A stretch of DNA of 64,000 bases from Enterobacteria phage CHB7. The notes beneath the pieces were generated by a model. That model made no database searches, had not been told where the DNA came from, and worked only from the letters and a program-made list of their open reading frames with translations. Positions 1 to 9,162 of this stretch are shown piece by piece; positions within the stretch are counted from its first letter, which is position 1, and every line of letters starts with the position of its first letter. The position numbers and the translations under genes were made by a program. Location of the stretch: the sequence record MK562504.1. One strand, given 5' to 3'.

Positions 1-2367
1 TTAATCGAAAGCCTGAGTTCCTTCAGGGATGCACTTAACATCAAATCCTAAGAACTGACCAACTTCAACAGGACTTACTTTATTCCAGTCTAAGTTAGAA
101 AGCAAGAAGTTTTCTGCTTTACGTGCTGTGAAGTACACACTCAGTTTCTGCTTAATACGTTCTCTGGCATTGTAGATTGCAGAGTGTACCTTACTCTTAG
201 CTCTTGTCAAGCGTTGTAAGTCATGCAGAACACTTGTAACGTCCTTATAAGCAATCGGTGAAGCAACATAAGCCAGCTTACCAAACATTGCTTCTACAGC
301 CTCTTCATTCCCTTCCAAGAAGATACGTTTGCTGTAATCAGCACTGTAGACATAACCTCTTGAGCACTTCTTATCACCAAACTGGAACGTTCTGGCAATA
401 ACACCTTTATCAGTGATATCACAGTTTGAACTACACCATTCACGAGTTACAAAACGGTTAAACTCAATCCAGTGAATATCAGTGATAGAGTCTTTGAAGA
501 CTTGCTGATTCACTTCTAACCAGTCTTCAGGAATCTTCTTCCAGTTTGCTTTACGGAACACATAAACCGACTGTCCAGTTAAGCGTGCCATTACCTTTGC
601 AGCAGACTCTGGAGTGCAACTAAAAATTCCACCAAGGACTTCATCACTCTGTGCTTTGATATAGTACTGAGGTTCTTCAATATCATCAAAGTTCTCTTTT
701 ACTTCTGTATAAGATACACCGTGTTCATGTACAGAAGCTTTGTAGAGTTTTACAACACCACGAGTAACAGTACGCTTCACATAGTGATGCTCTTTGTCAG
801 ACATTTTAACAATCGTCAACATACTCTTATCAATCATGTGGAGATTAATAAACTGGTCTAACTCTTGCTCATCAGAGAACACATAAACAATACCGTTGTA
901 GCGACGGAAGTTCGGTTCTTCATTTTCACGGTCACGACAAGCGCCACGGATAATCTGATTGCGTCCTACAGTCTTTTCAGTACCATTTTTGTTTCGACGG
1001 TCATTGATAAGGAACAAATAGTTAGACATTTTGTTCTTACTCATTGCACCGAAGATACTGAAGTTCGCACCTTCCTGAGTGTACATCGCTGAAGTTGCAC
1101 GAATCTTATTTTCCAGTTGACTATACTTGAAGTAAGCAACAGGCTCATACAGATTCCCAATAACAGGAATGTGATTACCGCTCTTATCAACAAGCAAAGT
1201 TCCATTGTCATCAGTGGCAAACTTTGGAGTGCCATCTGCGTTACTCAACTGTCCTTGACGAATCTTTAAAAGTTTCTGCTCAAGGTCTGCTAAGCTCTGA
1301 CCATTCCACTCAAGACGGGTAAACACATGCTGGAAGATTTCACGAGAGTTAGCTCGTAAGTCTGCATAAGCCTGTGCAGCGTCTGCCAAGGTTGGTTCGT
1401 TGTCAATACGTTTTACTACATCTTCGACAATCGTCGCAGTAATCTTTTTAACTGCATCTGTAATTGCTTTCTTAGTGGTCTCATTCATCTGCAATGCTTC
1501 ACGAGACGCAGCGATAGCCACTGAACCAATCGGCATGTAGATGTTAACAAGGTCTACAGCATTACGGAAGAATGTAGGAAGAACACTGGTGAACTCTGCA
1601 CCAAGTAAATCTCCTAAGTCAACCGGATAAGCAATATTACCCATAACAACGTTGAAATTTGTCTGGTTATTACTTGAACGCCAGTTCTCTTTATACTTCA
1701 TCGCATCGTAAACACCATCTTCACGAACAATGGTAGTCATCTCGCTAAGGATATCACGGTATTCTACGTTGCATTCTGGTTTCAGTTTGAAGTAAGAGAA
1801 GACATTACTTGCTTCTTCATGAAACTTCTGGATACGATGGTCAGCTACTGCAACACGAACTGCTAAACCATTTGGTTCGGTAGTCGGGTTTGTCGTCAGT
1901 TTAGTAACTTGAGGAATACCATTCTCAAGGTATACAGAGTACTTGTTAACTACGCCGTCTACGTAGCTGGACACGGTGAATGACTGTGCAATTGCAAAAG
2001 GTGACTTTGAACCGATACCCATAGCACCGATGTAGTCGTTTGAGTCATTCTTAGTAGAAGCTCCATAGTTCAGGTACAGAGACATAACCTTCTCATGGGT
2101 CAGGCCAGTACCGAAGTCACGAACTTCAAAGTATGGGTCGAAACGAGTTGGCAGGTGTACACGGAATGGTACATCCTCTTTTCCAGCTTCTTTGTGAGTA
2201 TCTACAGCGTTACAAGACAACTCACGAATTACAGCACGTTCTTTAAAAGTGTAAACACCTGAACTTAACAGGCTGAACATTTCAGGAGTCATCGTAATAG
2301 ATGCCTGAGAAGTTTCTAATGAAGATGAACTCTTAATCACCTCTGCGTGGTCATTTACCATGCGCAT
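1..2367 (-). CDS. rIIA: rIIA-like GHKL (Bergerat-fold) ATPase, 788 aa
   Basis: Translation carries an N-box (ERAVIRELSCNAVD), G1 box (VRDFGTGLT) and G2 box (GAMGIGSKS) typical of HATPase_c domains; TAA stop at 1-3. Assignment to rIIA is by analogy with T4-like rIIA, from memory. Confidence 0.5.
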   Translation of the reverse strand: MRMVNDHAEVIKSSSSLETSQASITMTPEMFSLLSSGVYTFKERAVIRELSCNAVDTHKEAGKEDVPFRVHLPTRFDPYFEVRDFGTGLTHEKVMSLYLNYGASTKNDSNDYIGAMGIGSKSPFAIAQSFTVSSYVDGVVNKYSVYLENGIPQVTKLTTNPTTEPNGLAVRVAVADHRIQKFHEEASNVFSYFKLKPECNVEYRDILSEMTTIVREDGVYDAMKYKENWRSSNNQTNFNVVMGNIAYPVDLGDLLGAEFTSVLPTFFRNAVDLVNIYMPIGSVAIAASREALQMNETTKKAITDAVKKITATIVEDVVKRIDNEPTLADAAQAYADLRANSREIFQHVFTRLEWNGQSLADLEQKLLKIRQGQLSNADGTPKFATDDNGTLLVDKSGNHIPVIGNLYEPVAYFKYSQLENKIRATSAMYTQEGANFSIFGAMSKNKMSNYLFLINDRRNKNGTEKTVGRNQIIRGACRDRENEEPNFRRYNGIVYVFSDEQELDQFINLHMIDKSMLTIVKMSDKEHHYVKRTVTRGVVKLYKASVHEHGVSYTEVKENFDDIEEPQYYIKAQSDEVLGGIFSCTPESAAKVMARLTGQSVYVFRKANWKKIPEDWLEVNQQVFKDSITDIHWIEFNRFVTREWCSSNCDITDKGVIARTFQFGDKKCSRGYVYSADYSKRIFLEGNEEAVEAMFGKLAYVASPIAYKDVTSVLHDLQRLTRAKSKVHSAIYNARERIKQKLSVYFTARKAENFLLSNLDWNKVSPVEVGQFLGFDVKCIPEGTQAFD

Positions 2368-2430
2368 AATAACTTTCCTCTTGGGTTGTTTGATGCATAG
2401 ACTTTAAAGAACTCTGCACTGATTGTCAAA

Positions 2431-2607
2431 TTATTTCTTAAATCTTTTACCAGAACCTTCACAGAAAGGGCAACAGCCACTTCTGGTAAACCCATGACCA
2501 TCACAGTGTTCACAGCGTTCTGTTTCTACAAAGTATCTGACAATGACAAGAACAAATATTGCTATAATCCCCGTCGATAGGAGTAACTCTACCCAATAAC
2601 CTTGCAT
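2431..2607 (-). CDS. small membrane protein with DnaJ-type zinc finger (58 aa, not in ORF track)
   Basis: Hand translation gives MQGYWVELLLSTGIIAIFVLVIVRYFVETERCEHCDGHGFTRSGCCPFCEGSGKRFKK: one hydrophobic helix then two CxxCxGxG motifs. Overlaps the next ORF by 19 nt. Confidence 0.3.
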   Translation of the reverse strand: MQGYWVELLLSTGIIAIFVLVIVRYFVETERCEHCDGHGFTRSGCCPFCEGSGKRFKK

Positions 2608-2924
2608 AACTTCTCTCCAACATGTTTGTACAGTATGAAACTACGGTCATGAACAATACTTGAGGCAACTGCAAAGTTCTCTTCCAGTATTGCTTTGTTC
2701 GGATTATAGAATCCGTCTAAGAATTGGTCAAGTGCTAATTGGTGATTTTGTGGAAGACCTTTAACATAAATCTTCATAGAAAGCGTGGCAACCACTTCAC
2801 CTTGAAGTTCATCTCGTGCTGCTACCAAGATTTGGTTAATGAACTTGTGACCATCTTCAGGACGTTTAATGTCATCCCAATTCTCTTCCAAGACCATATT
2901 GATATTCATCTGTTTGATTTTCAT
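2589..2924 (-). CDS. hypothetical protein (111 aa)
   Basis: Intact ORF co-oriented with neighbours and tightly packed. Confidence 0.4.
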   Translation of the reverse strand: MKIKQMNINMVLEENWDDIKRPEDGHKFINQILVAARDELQGEVVATLSMKIYVKGLPQNHQLALDQFLDGFYNPNKAILEENFAVASSIVHDRSFILYKHVGEKLCKVIG

Positions 2925-3136
2925 AGAACCTCCACAATAAATTTTTTAAACTTTTTACGCAGCTTTCTGATTTGCTTTTTTGTAGGTTTTACACAAAATT
3001 GATAACTCTCAATAATAGCTTGTCTATCATCAGGCATGTCGGATTCTGTGAACCAAAGCACCCAATAAGATTCTTGATACCCTCCGAAACAACTTTGACT
3101 ACCAGCAGTGAAGTATAAATCTGTGTTGAACTCCAT
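2921..3136 (-). CDS. hypothetical protein (71 aa)
   Basis: ORF with 4-nt overlap to the downstream gene; sits just after a terminator hairpin. Confidence 0.35.
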   Translation of the reverse strand: MEFNTDLYFTAGSQSCFGGYQESYWVLWFTESDMPDDRQAIIESYQFCVKPTKKQIRKLRKKFKKFIVEVL

Positions 3137-3150
3137 AGTCTTCTCCAGAA

Positions 3151-3176
3151 ATTAAAAAGGCTCCCGTAGGAGCCTC
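3151..3176 (-). terminator. intrinsic terminator
   Basis: Hairpin AGGCTCC-CGTA-GGAGCCT followed by a T-run on the minus strand, directly downstream of the NadV-like gene. Confidence 0.5.
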
Positions 3177-3189
3177 TTATAATAATTAT

Positions 3190-5016
3190 TTAAAGCTGTC
3201 TGTCAATAACATTTCGTACATCACGAAGGTTAACGTAGCCATATGGCTGAGAGTCGCAGAATACCAGCTTCAGAGCACACTGAGGGTTATCCAGTACACT
3301 TTCAAACTCTGCAAAACCAAAGCCATCTACAGCTTCCAGCTTATCACCATCCCACATAGGGACTACACCACCAAAAGCCGACTTCTTAAGACCACTGTCA
3401 GTTTTAGGGTCTTTTGCCAGCATGATTTCTTCACCATCCATCTGTGCAAGAGTTGCTTTAACAGCAAATGCAAAGGTATCACGAGTCATGTACTGGTAAG
3501 TATATGAACCAACACCAAAGACAACGTTAGAACTTGCAAAGCCCTTTTCAGCAAGACGGCTAAGAATCTCTTCAGCACGTTCCAAAGTGATAGAATCACC
3601 GTAGATTAAACCAATGTGTTCATCAAGAACTTTGTAGCCTTTAGAGTTTACAGCGCCACCAAAGATGTTGTACAGAGTCTTGATAGCACCATCAATTTCT
3701 GCTGTCAGCATTGGTTTAACAACAACTTGACCAGTCTTGTAAGTATCTTTCAGGTTAACTGTGTCAGCAACGTTAAAGTCTTCTGCATCAACAACCAACT
3801 CATAACCTTCAGAGATTAGCCAAGCAGAGAAGCCATAGCCCATATCTGACATGTTACAATTAAGGATTGCATCAAGCAGATAAGTATTGTTAGGAGAAAT
3901 GGTTGACATGTGTTTGTAATACATACTCTTAGCATTTTCCCATTCAATTGCACGATAGCCAGTAACAATGTGTACAGGGTCACCGGAATCTGGACGGATT
4001 ACCAGTTTACCATCACGTTTCAGGATTACTTCACGGAGTTCTGGAAGAATCTCTGTAACTGTACGCCAGAAGTTGTAAGTATCGGACACAACACTTGTAA
4101 TACCAGTTGGGTAAACATCTACCAGCAGGTGTTCAAATGTTTTAACCTCACCACGCCAGCGTTTAGCATCCAGCAAACTATCAGACTGCATGATGTACTG
4201 TGAGTGGATATCATCTTCTGTCAGGTCTTTCATATTCCATGAAATGTTTGCACACATAACGGAATGTTCAGTTGCTGGAACAGAGTTACCAATATCACTT
4301 ACAGTCATAAACTGACCATATGCACGTTTAGCAGTATACACAGCAGGGAAGCTATCAGTTCCTTTAAAGCTGGTCAAGTGGCCTACAGTATTGAAAGCAT
4401 CATCGGTAAAGCCAGACATACCACGCATTGCAAAGTCATGACACTGCCAAGGAAGATGGAAGTCATTGTCACAGGTCTTGTCAGCCCAAGATTTACAGAT
4501 ACGTTTGTAGTGCAGTGCAATAGTTGCAATGGTACAAGCTTTCCAGATTTCAGCAGAGAAAGCATCTTCCAGATAACCAGCTACCCAATGGAAACCTTCA
4601 ACGGTATTTTTGAAGATAATCATTGGAACACGCATAGGAACAACTGTACCTTCTTCAACAGAGTACACTGCAACTGGCAGATAGCCTAAGTCGTGAAGTT
4701 CTTCCCAATGATGACGCTTGATAGCATCTGCACCAAGAACACCATTCATGATTTCTAAGATTTCATCAACAGCTTCTTTCTTATCACGTTCGAAGAAAGT
4801 TGCGTTCCAATGGTCTACTAAGTAATCTTTAACGAAACGTTGGATACCAAAAGCCACTACACCGTCAATTGCTAAAGGGCTGTTAAACCATTTATCACTA
4901 CGTGGTGTCAGGTTGAACATCAAGTATTCTGTTGCACTAGGATACTGGTAAACATGACCAGATTTGTAAGCATCTGCATTTAAACCTGCTGGTACTGCAT
5001 AAAGTGATTTAGTCAT
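3190..5016 (-). CDS. nadV: nicotinamide phosphoribosyltransferase family protein (NadV/Namat-like), 608 aa with C-terminal extension
   Basis: N-terminus (NADAYKSGHVYQYP) and overall layout match the NAMPT family; it is about 110 aa longer than a typical NadV. Confidence 0.8.
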   Translation of the reverse strand: MTKSLYAVPAGLNADAYKSGHVYQYPSATEYLMFNLTPRSDKWFNSPLAIDGVVAFGIQRFVKDYLVDHWNATFFERDKKEAVDEILEIMNGVLGADAIKRHHWEELHDLGYLPVAVYSVEEGTVVPMRVPMIIFKNTVEGFHWVAGYLEDAFSAEIWKACTIATIALHYKRICKSWADKTCDNDFHLPWQCHDFAMRGMSGFTDDAFNTVGHLTSFKGTDSFPAVYTAKRAYGQFMTVSDIGNSVPATEHSVMCANISWNMKDLTEDDIHSQYIMQSDSLLDAKRWRGEVKTFEHLLVDVYPTGITSVVSDTYNFWRTVTEILPELREVILKRDGKLVIRPDSGDPVHIVTGYRAIEWENAKSMYYKHMSTISPNNTYLLDAILNCNMSDMGYGFSAWLISEGYELVVDAEDFNVADTVNLKDTYKTGQVVVKPMLTAEIDGAIKTLYNIFGGAVNSKGYKVLDEHIGLIYGDSITLERAEEILSRLAEKGFASSNVVFGVGSYTYQYMTRDTFAFAVKATLAQMDGEEIMLAKDPKTDSGLKKSAFGGVVPMWDGDKLEAVDGFGFAEFESVLDNPQCALKLVFCDSQPYGYVNLRDVRNVIDRQL

Positions 5017-5020
5017 CTTT

Positions 5021-5042
5021 TAATCTCTCTCAAAATGGGGCT
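5021..5042 (-). terminator. intrinsic terminator
   Basis: Hairpin GGGGCTT-TT-AAGCCCC with T-rich tail on the minus strand, downstream of the Prs-like gene. Confidence 0.45.
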
Positions 5043-5061
5043 TTTAAGCCCCTATAAAGTT

Positions 5062-5943
5062 TCAATCAAGGTTTGCTACAGTAACTTGACCATAATGTGT
5101 TAAGCCACGGTCTTTAGCTTCCCCTAAAGAGTTTGTAGTGTAGATGTGGTCAATGCCATTGTCAAGAAGGTTTTCAACACCTTTAGAGAAGATACCATGT
5201 GTTACATAAAGCTCAACACGTTTTGCACCTGCTTCACGTAGGTGTTTAGCTGCCTCTACGAAGGTTCGACCACCATCACAGATATCATCAAGAATCATGA
5301 CGGTTTTATCGGTCAAATCAACATCGTCAAGGATTCGCATACCAGTGATTTCTCCAGTCTTAAGATTTCGCACCTTAGACATTGTGATATATGGTTTATC
5401 CACCTCTTTAGCAGTCTCTGCAATCTTCTTAGAAGCACCTGCATCTGGGGCTACTAAGTAATCAATTAGAGGGTCATTTGCATAGTGGACTGCAATCTCC
5501 TTTTGAGGAATACTCTGGAAGCAGTTAAACAGGTTATCTGGTACATAGCTGTGAGGGTCAACTGCACAGACTGCGCCAAACCCCATTGCATTAATCTGTT
5601 TAGCAAAAACCTTTAAAGCTGCTGCGTCACCTTTAAACATGTGACGGTCATATCGTGCATTTGGTAAGTAGTAAAATATGACAGTCTTTAAAGCATAATC
5701 ATGAGGAACTAAATCGTCAATTGCTTCTTTAGCCAGTGCCACAGCAAACAGTGTGTCTTTGTCATAACCCTTTACAATCATAACCACATTGTTAATAGAT
5801 GATGCTGCATAAGCAGTAAAATCAACAAGCTCTTGTGAAAAGTGGCCACCAATCTCACCAGAAGGGAATTGGATGATGTTAAACTCTTCTTCATGAGTTC
5901 CTTTAGTCGGTGAATGAATTGTGACACGGATAGATGTTTTCAT
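5062..5943 (-). CDS. ribose-phosphate pyrophosphokinase family protein (Prs/Adps-like)
   Basis: Phosphoribosyltransferase PRPP-binding motif (VMILDDICDGGRTF) and Prs-like architecture. Start is probably the internal ATG at 5943 (MKTSIRV); the track ORF runs to 5958. Confidence 0.75.
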   Translation of the reverse strand: MKTSIRVTIHSPTKGTHEEEFNIIQFPSGEIGGHFSQELVDFTAYAASSINNVVMIVKGYDKDTLFAVALAKEAIDDLVPHDYALKTVIFYYLPNARYDRHMFKGDAAALKVFAKQINAMGFGAVCAVDPHSYVPDNLFNCFQSIPQKEIAVHYANDPLIDYLVAPDAGASKKIAETAKEVDKPYITMSKVRNLKTGEITGMRILDDVDLTDKTVMILDDICDGGRTFVEAAKHLREAGAKRVELYVTHGIFSKGVENLLDNGIDHIYTTNSLGEAKDRGLTHYGQVTVANLD

Positions 5944-5954
5944 AGTTTTCTCTC

Positions 5955-6233
5955 TCAATCAAAAGTTACGTTTGTTACTGCCATTGCAGATTTGCATTTT
6001 ACAGGGTCTACAACGTGGTAAAGTACACTACAGTTACCTGTGCTGTCTGGTACAGGCTTTACCCATTGCTGCTTTATAGTTGGCTCTCCTAAGTCTTTGT
6101 AAGAACCATCTGTAAAGTTGTTTACCATCTCAAGTGCAATTGGTTCTGGAACATGACCACGTATCATGTACATCTCACAACCATTACCTCCTTCACTGAC
6201 TAATGGTAAAATCTCCCACTTTTCTTTAGCCAT
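5955..6233 (-). CDS. hypothetical protein (about 92 aa)
   Basis: ORF whose ATG (MAKEKW) overlaps the upstream stop by 8 nt, suggesting translational coupling. Confidence 0.4.
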   Translation of the reverse strand: MAKEKWEILPLVSEGGNGCEMYMIRGHVPEPIALEMVNNFTDGSYKDLGEPTIKQQWVKPVPDSTGNCSVLYHVVDPVKCKSAMAVTNVTFD

Positions 6234-6741
6234 TATAAGTTGCCTCATAAACAGTCTTGAACTTCGACAAGAGAGATATTGCCAGAACTGCATATTCCCT
6301 GTCAAGCATTGGTGGCATATTATTTCTTAGATACTCTTTTTGTTCTTCATAAGTCATCTTTGGGGTATCTAAAACCCTCTCACCTTGCTTCTGATTATCA
6401 ATCTTAGTCTGGATAAACCAGTTTGCACAGTGATGCTCACCACCTTTTGTGACTGGCTTGTGATGACCTAGTGTAAAGGCTTGCTTTCCAGAATAACGAC
6501 AAAGCTTGTTAAGGATTGCAATAGTGTTCTTGACAACACAGTACTCATAGAGGTTGTCAATTGTATAGTGAGGGTAGTATGCAAAGAGGGAACTGTCACG
6601 GAACTTCCCACGGTTCCAGAGAACCATGTGATTAGAGTTGGAAGTGTCATACTGATGGGAATCAATGAACTCTTGACGTTCATCAAAGTCAAGTCTTAGA
6701 ACAGACATTGCAGCAGCACGTTTTAAGTTAGATAAGTACAT
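6226..6741 (-). CDS. hypothetical protein with His-rich motif (171 aa)
   Basis: Intact ORF with GHHKPVTKGGEHHC motif; co-directional with and immediately upstream of the NAD module. Confidence 0.45.
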   Translation of the reverse strand: MYLSNLKRAAAMSVLRLDFDERQEFIDSHQYDTSNSNHMVLWNRGKFRDSSLFAYYPHYTIDNLYEYCVVKNTIAILNKLCRYSGKQAFTLGHHKPVTKGGEHHCANWFIQTKIDNQKQGERVLDTPKMTYEEQKEYLRNNMPPMLDREYAVLAISLLSKFKTVYEATYNG

Positions 6742-6760
6742 TTTCTCTCCAAAATAAAAA

Positions 6761-6780
6761 GGGAACCTTTTACAGTTCCC
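6761..6780 (-). terminator. intrinsic terminator
   Basis: Hairpin GGGAAC-CTTTTACA-GTTCCC with an adjacent A-run (T-run on the minus strand). Confidence 0.45.
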
Positions 6781-6793
6781 TAATCATAACTTA

Positions 6794-7105
6794 TTACTGA
6801 AGCTCTTTCAAGACTCTTACAAACTCTTCTTGGGTTACGTCCATCTTGAGTGATTCAGATGGCTTTACAAGGTTGTTTGTGCATACAATCTTCTTGTGCT
6901 TTTTGTCATAAGTCAGCTTCAGTTGATGCAGTTCTTTATCAGACTCATCCTGAGTGTTGTACATCTCAACAGCCTTTTTAAATGGTGTATACTCACCACC
7001 AAAAGATTGGAAGCCTGTACCACAATAATGCGCACCATGTTTGTCATACATGAACTGGCAAAGCATTAAAATCTGAAGCTTACGAGTGTTATAAATCTTG
7101 CTCAT
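6794..7105 (-). CDS. hypothetical protein (103 aa)
   Basis: Intact ORF in the gene-dense minus-strand block. Confidence 0.4.
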   Translation of the reverse strand: MSKIYNTRKLQILMLCQFMYDKHGAHYCGTGFQSFGGEYTPFKKAVEMYNTQDESDKELHQLKLTYDKKHKKIVCTNNLVKPSESLKMDVTQEEFVRVLKELQ

Positions 7106-7116
7106 GACAATTTTCC

Positions 7117-7374
7117 TTATTTGTTACGTTTACGGTTACGTGCTTTCTTAGCTGCACGTTTAATAGCTGCTGCACCAGTCTGGCGGTGGGCTTGTTTCTT
7201 ACCACCTTTGCCACGACCTACATAGATGTATGGTTGTGCAAGAGTCTGTGCATTGATGCTGTCAGTGACAGTTTTGATATCAATTCCTACATCTTTACCA
7301 GTTGTTGCAATCACTGCTGCAACCTTTGCCAGAGCCGCTAACATACGGCTTTTCATTCCACTAAAAATTCCCAT
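7117..7374 (-). CDS. small basic protein (85 aa)
   Basis: Lys/Arg-rich C-terminus (KRAAKKARNRKRNK). Confidence 0.4.
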   Translation of the reverse strand: MGIFSGMKSRMLAALAKVAAVIATTGKDVGIDIKTVTDSINAQTLAQPYIYVGRGKGGKKQAHRQTGAAAIKRAAKKARNRKRNK

Positions 7375-7391
7375 TTTAATCTCTCTCTCTT

Positions 7392-7709
7392 TTAAAGTTT
7401 GATGCAGAACTCATTAAGTTCTTCTTCTGTAATTCCAACAACAGAACCACCTACAACAAGGTTTGTGATGTAGAAATTGGAGTTGTGACCTTTGAATTTT
7501 ACTTTAAAGGTTCCGGCTTTTTCAATCTCTGCCAGGGCACTCAGACCTGCACTGCCAAACAGGGACTGAGTATAATCTTTCCAGTCTGCTAATTTTTCTT
7601 GATTAACTTTATATTGACCAAGAACAGACATGTTGCAACCAATTACTGGAATCTCTCCTTTTTGGAAGCCTTTACTCAGCTCTCCACTGACAGTCACCTT
7701 GCCACCCAT
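7392..7709 (-). CDS. hypothetical protein
   Basis: Track ORF extends to 7790 and overlaps nrdG; an internal Met (MGGKV) at 7709 is the more likely start. Confidence 0.35.
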   Translation of the reverse strand: MGGKVTVSGELSKGFQKGEIPVIGCNMSVLGQYKVNQEKLADWKDYTQSLFGSAGLSALAEIEKAGTFKVKFKGHNSNFYITNLVVGGSVVGITEEELNEFCIKL

Positions 7710-8157
7710 ATTCTTTTCTCCAAAGGTTTTGGTTATCAGAACCACGATACGGTTTGTTCGTTGGTTTAGAAGCATCATACTTACCATCAATCACCACGTC
7801 AACATATTTCATCACTTCATGGTGAATTTTTTGGTGAAGCTGGAAACCTGTCCAAAGCCAGATAGATTTCTCTGGATAATGCTCTTTAACAGTCTTGCAG
7901 ATATACGCTACAGTGTCAATGTTTCGTTCTTCTAAAGGTTCTCCACCTAACACTGAGAATCCTTCTATACCTTCATCTTTCAACATAGCTAAGATATCAG
8001 CCATATCAAAATCAGTAAACTCTTTACCTGCATTGAATTTCCAAGATTCTTTGTTGAAACAACCTTCACAGTGATGTTTGCAACCAGCTACAAAGATACT
8101 TACACGAGCACCTTCACCATTAGCTGTATCAAATCCTCGAATTTCCATAAAATTCAT
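7672..8157 (-). CDS. nrdG: anaerobic ribonucleotide reductase activating protein (radical SAM)
   Basis: CxxxCxxC radical-SAM cluster motif (CKHHCEGC) near the N-terminus; about 160 aa; next to nrdD. Confidence 0.8.
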   Translation of the reverse strand: MNFMEIRGFDTANGEGARVSIFVAGCKHHCEGCFNKESWKFNAGKEFTDFDMADILAMLKDEGIEGFSVLGGEPLEERNIDTVAYICKTVKEHYPEKSIWLWTGFQLHQKIHHEVMKYVDVVIDGKYDASKPTNKPYRGSDNQNLWRKEYGWQGDCQWRAE

Positions 8158-8552
8158 TCTACTACCTCCACTTCAATCTTCTCATAAGACATAACATATT
8201 CTGGACAGTGTTTGTAAATGAAGTCTTGCAAGATTTTACTATCTTGTGCATCAGTCATCAAGGCTACATACTTAGGATTCATCTTCTGAATGTAGCTGTA
8301 GAATGAGATATCACCAATCTCAGTTCCCCAATCATCGTCCCAAGTACCTGTTATGATAATGATTTTATCAAGTAACCAATCAGGAACTACTAAGTTTTCA
8401 TCCTCCTTGATTGAGTCAATGAGTTCTTGAGTTATGGTAAGTTCACTGGTTAGGTAAAAACTGGAACCACGACGATGCTCTTTCTCACACTTTCCATCAT
8501 CTAACGTGCATTCCTTCAACACTTCCATTAACGCTTTGGAGATTTTAAACAT
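8154..8552 (-). CDS. hypothetical protein (132 aa)
   Basis: Intact ORF with 4-nt overlap to nrdG. Confidence 0.4.
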   Translation of the reverse strand: MFKISKALMEVLKECTLDDGKCEKEHRRGSSFYLTSELTITQELIDSIKEDENLVVPDWLLDKIIIITGTWDDDWGTEIGDISFYSYIQKMNPKYVALMTDAQDSKILQDFIYKHCPEYVMSYEKIEVEVVE

Positions 8553-8706
8553 TTTAACTTTCCTCTTAAGTCACAATAAAGGAGTCCTAGAAAGAACCCT
8601 AGTGAGATAGAACCGATGAATAAACCAATTATGTTCTCTGCCATATCTAACATCCAATAAAAAGGTGATGCAAGCCTATCAAGACCTACACCACCTTGTC
8701 AACTAC

Positions 8707-9162
8707 TTACTTAAACCTACAACAATCTTTGTGGAGTTCCTTTCTCAGTTTCTTCATAAAATCAACAGCTTCCTCAAACTTTTCAAATCTTCTTGAAACC
8801 GTTTTCTTGTTATATGTTACTGAAGCTCTCCATCTTCTTCTTGTAGAGTCCCAAGATACACCTTTAAATCCAGTTTTGTTATCCTCTCGCAATTTAGCAT
8901 TGCAAGCATTGTCAACTTTGTTAGAGGCTCTTAGGTTTATCCACCTGTTATCATCCTTGATACCATTTATGTGGTCTACTAATTCAGGAGCATCTTCACC
9001 CATCAAAGTGAAAGCTAATCTATGAGCATACTGTTTTGAACCATCTGGTAGTTCAATTAGTATGTATCCACTAGTTATCCTGCTTCCAGCCACATCTCCA
9101 CTATCTTTCCATCTTATCTCCCCATTATCCGGGTTATAGTCAAGAAAATTAGCTACATACAT
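8707..9162 (-). CDS. HNH homing endonuclease with AP2-type DNA-binding domain
   Basis: HNH core (AHRLAF...VDHINGIKDDNRWINLR) followed by an AP2-like segment (GFKGVSWDSTRRRWRA). Confidence 0.7.
   Translation of the reverse strand: MYVANFLDYNPDNGEIRWKDSGDVAGSRITSGYILIELPDGSKQYAHRLAFTLMGEDAPELVDHINGIKDDNRWINLRASNKVDNACNAKLREDNKTGFKGVSWDSTRRRWRASVTYNKKTVSRRFEKFEEAVDFMKKLRKELHKDCCRFK

Noticed and set aside
865-1235. Short ORFs (865..1092 +, 1041..1235 -) within the rIIA-like gene
   Set aside because: Embedded in or antisense to a long ORF with clear ATPase motifs; no independent start signals.
3616-4689. Several plus-strand ORFs (3616..3819, 3910..4203, 4264..4689) and 4383..4565 (-) inside the NadV-like gene
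   Set aside because: Antisense or alternative-frame shadows of a confidently identified enzyme gene.
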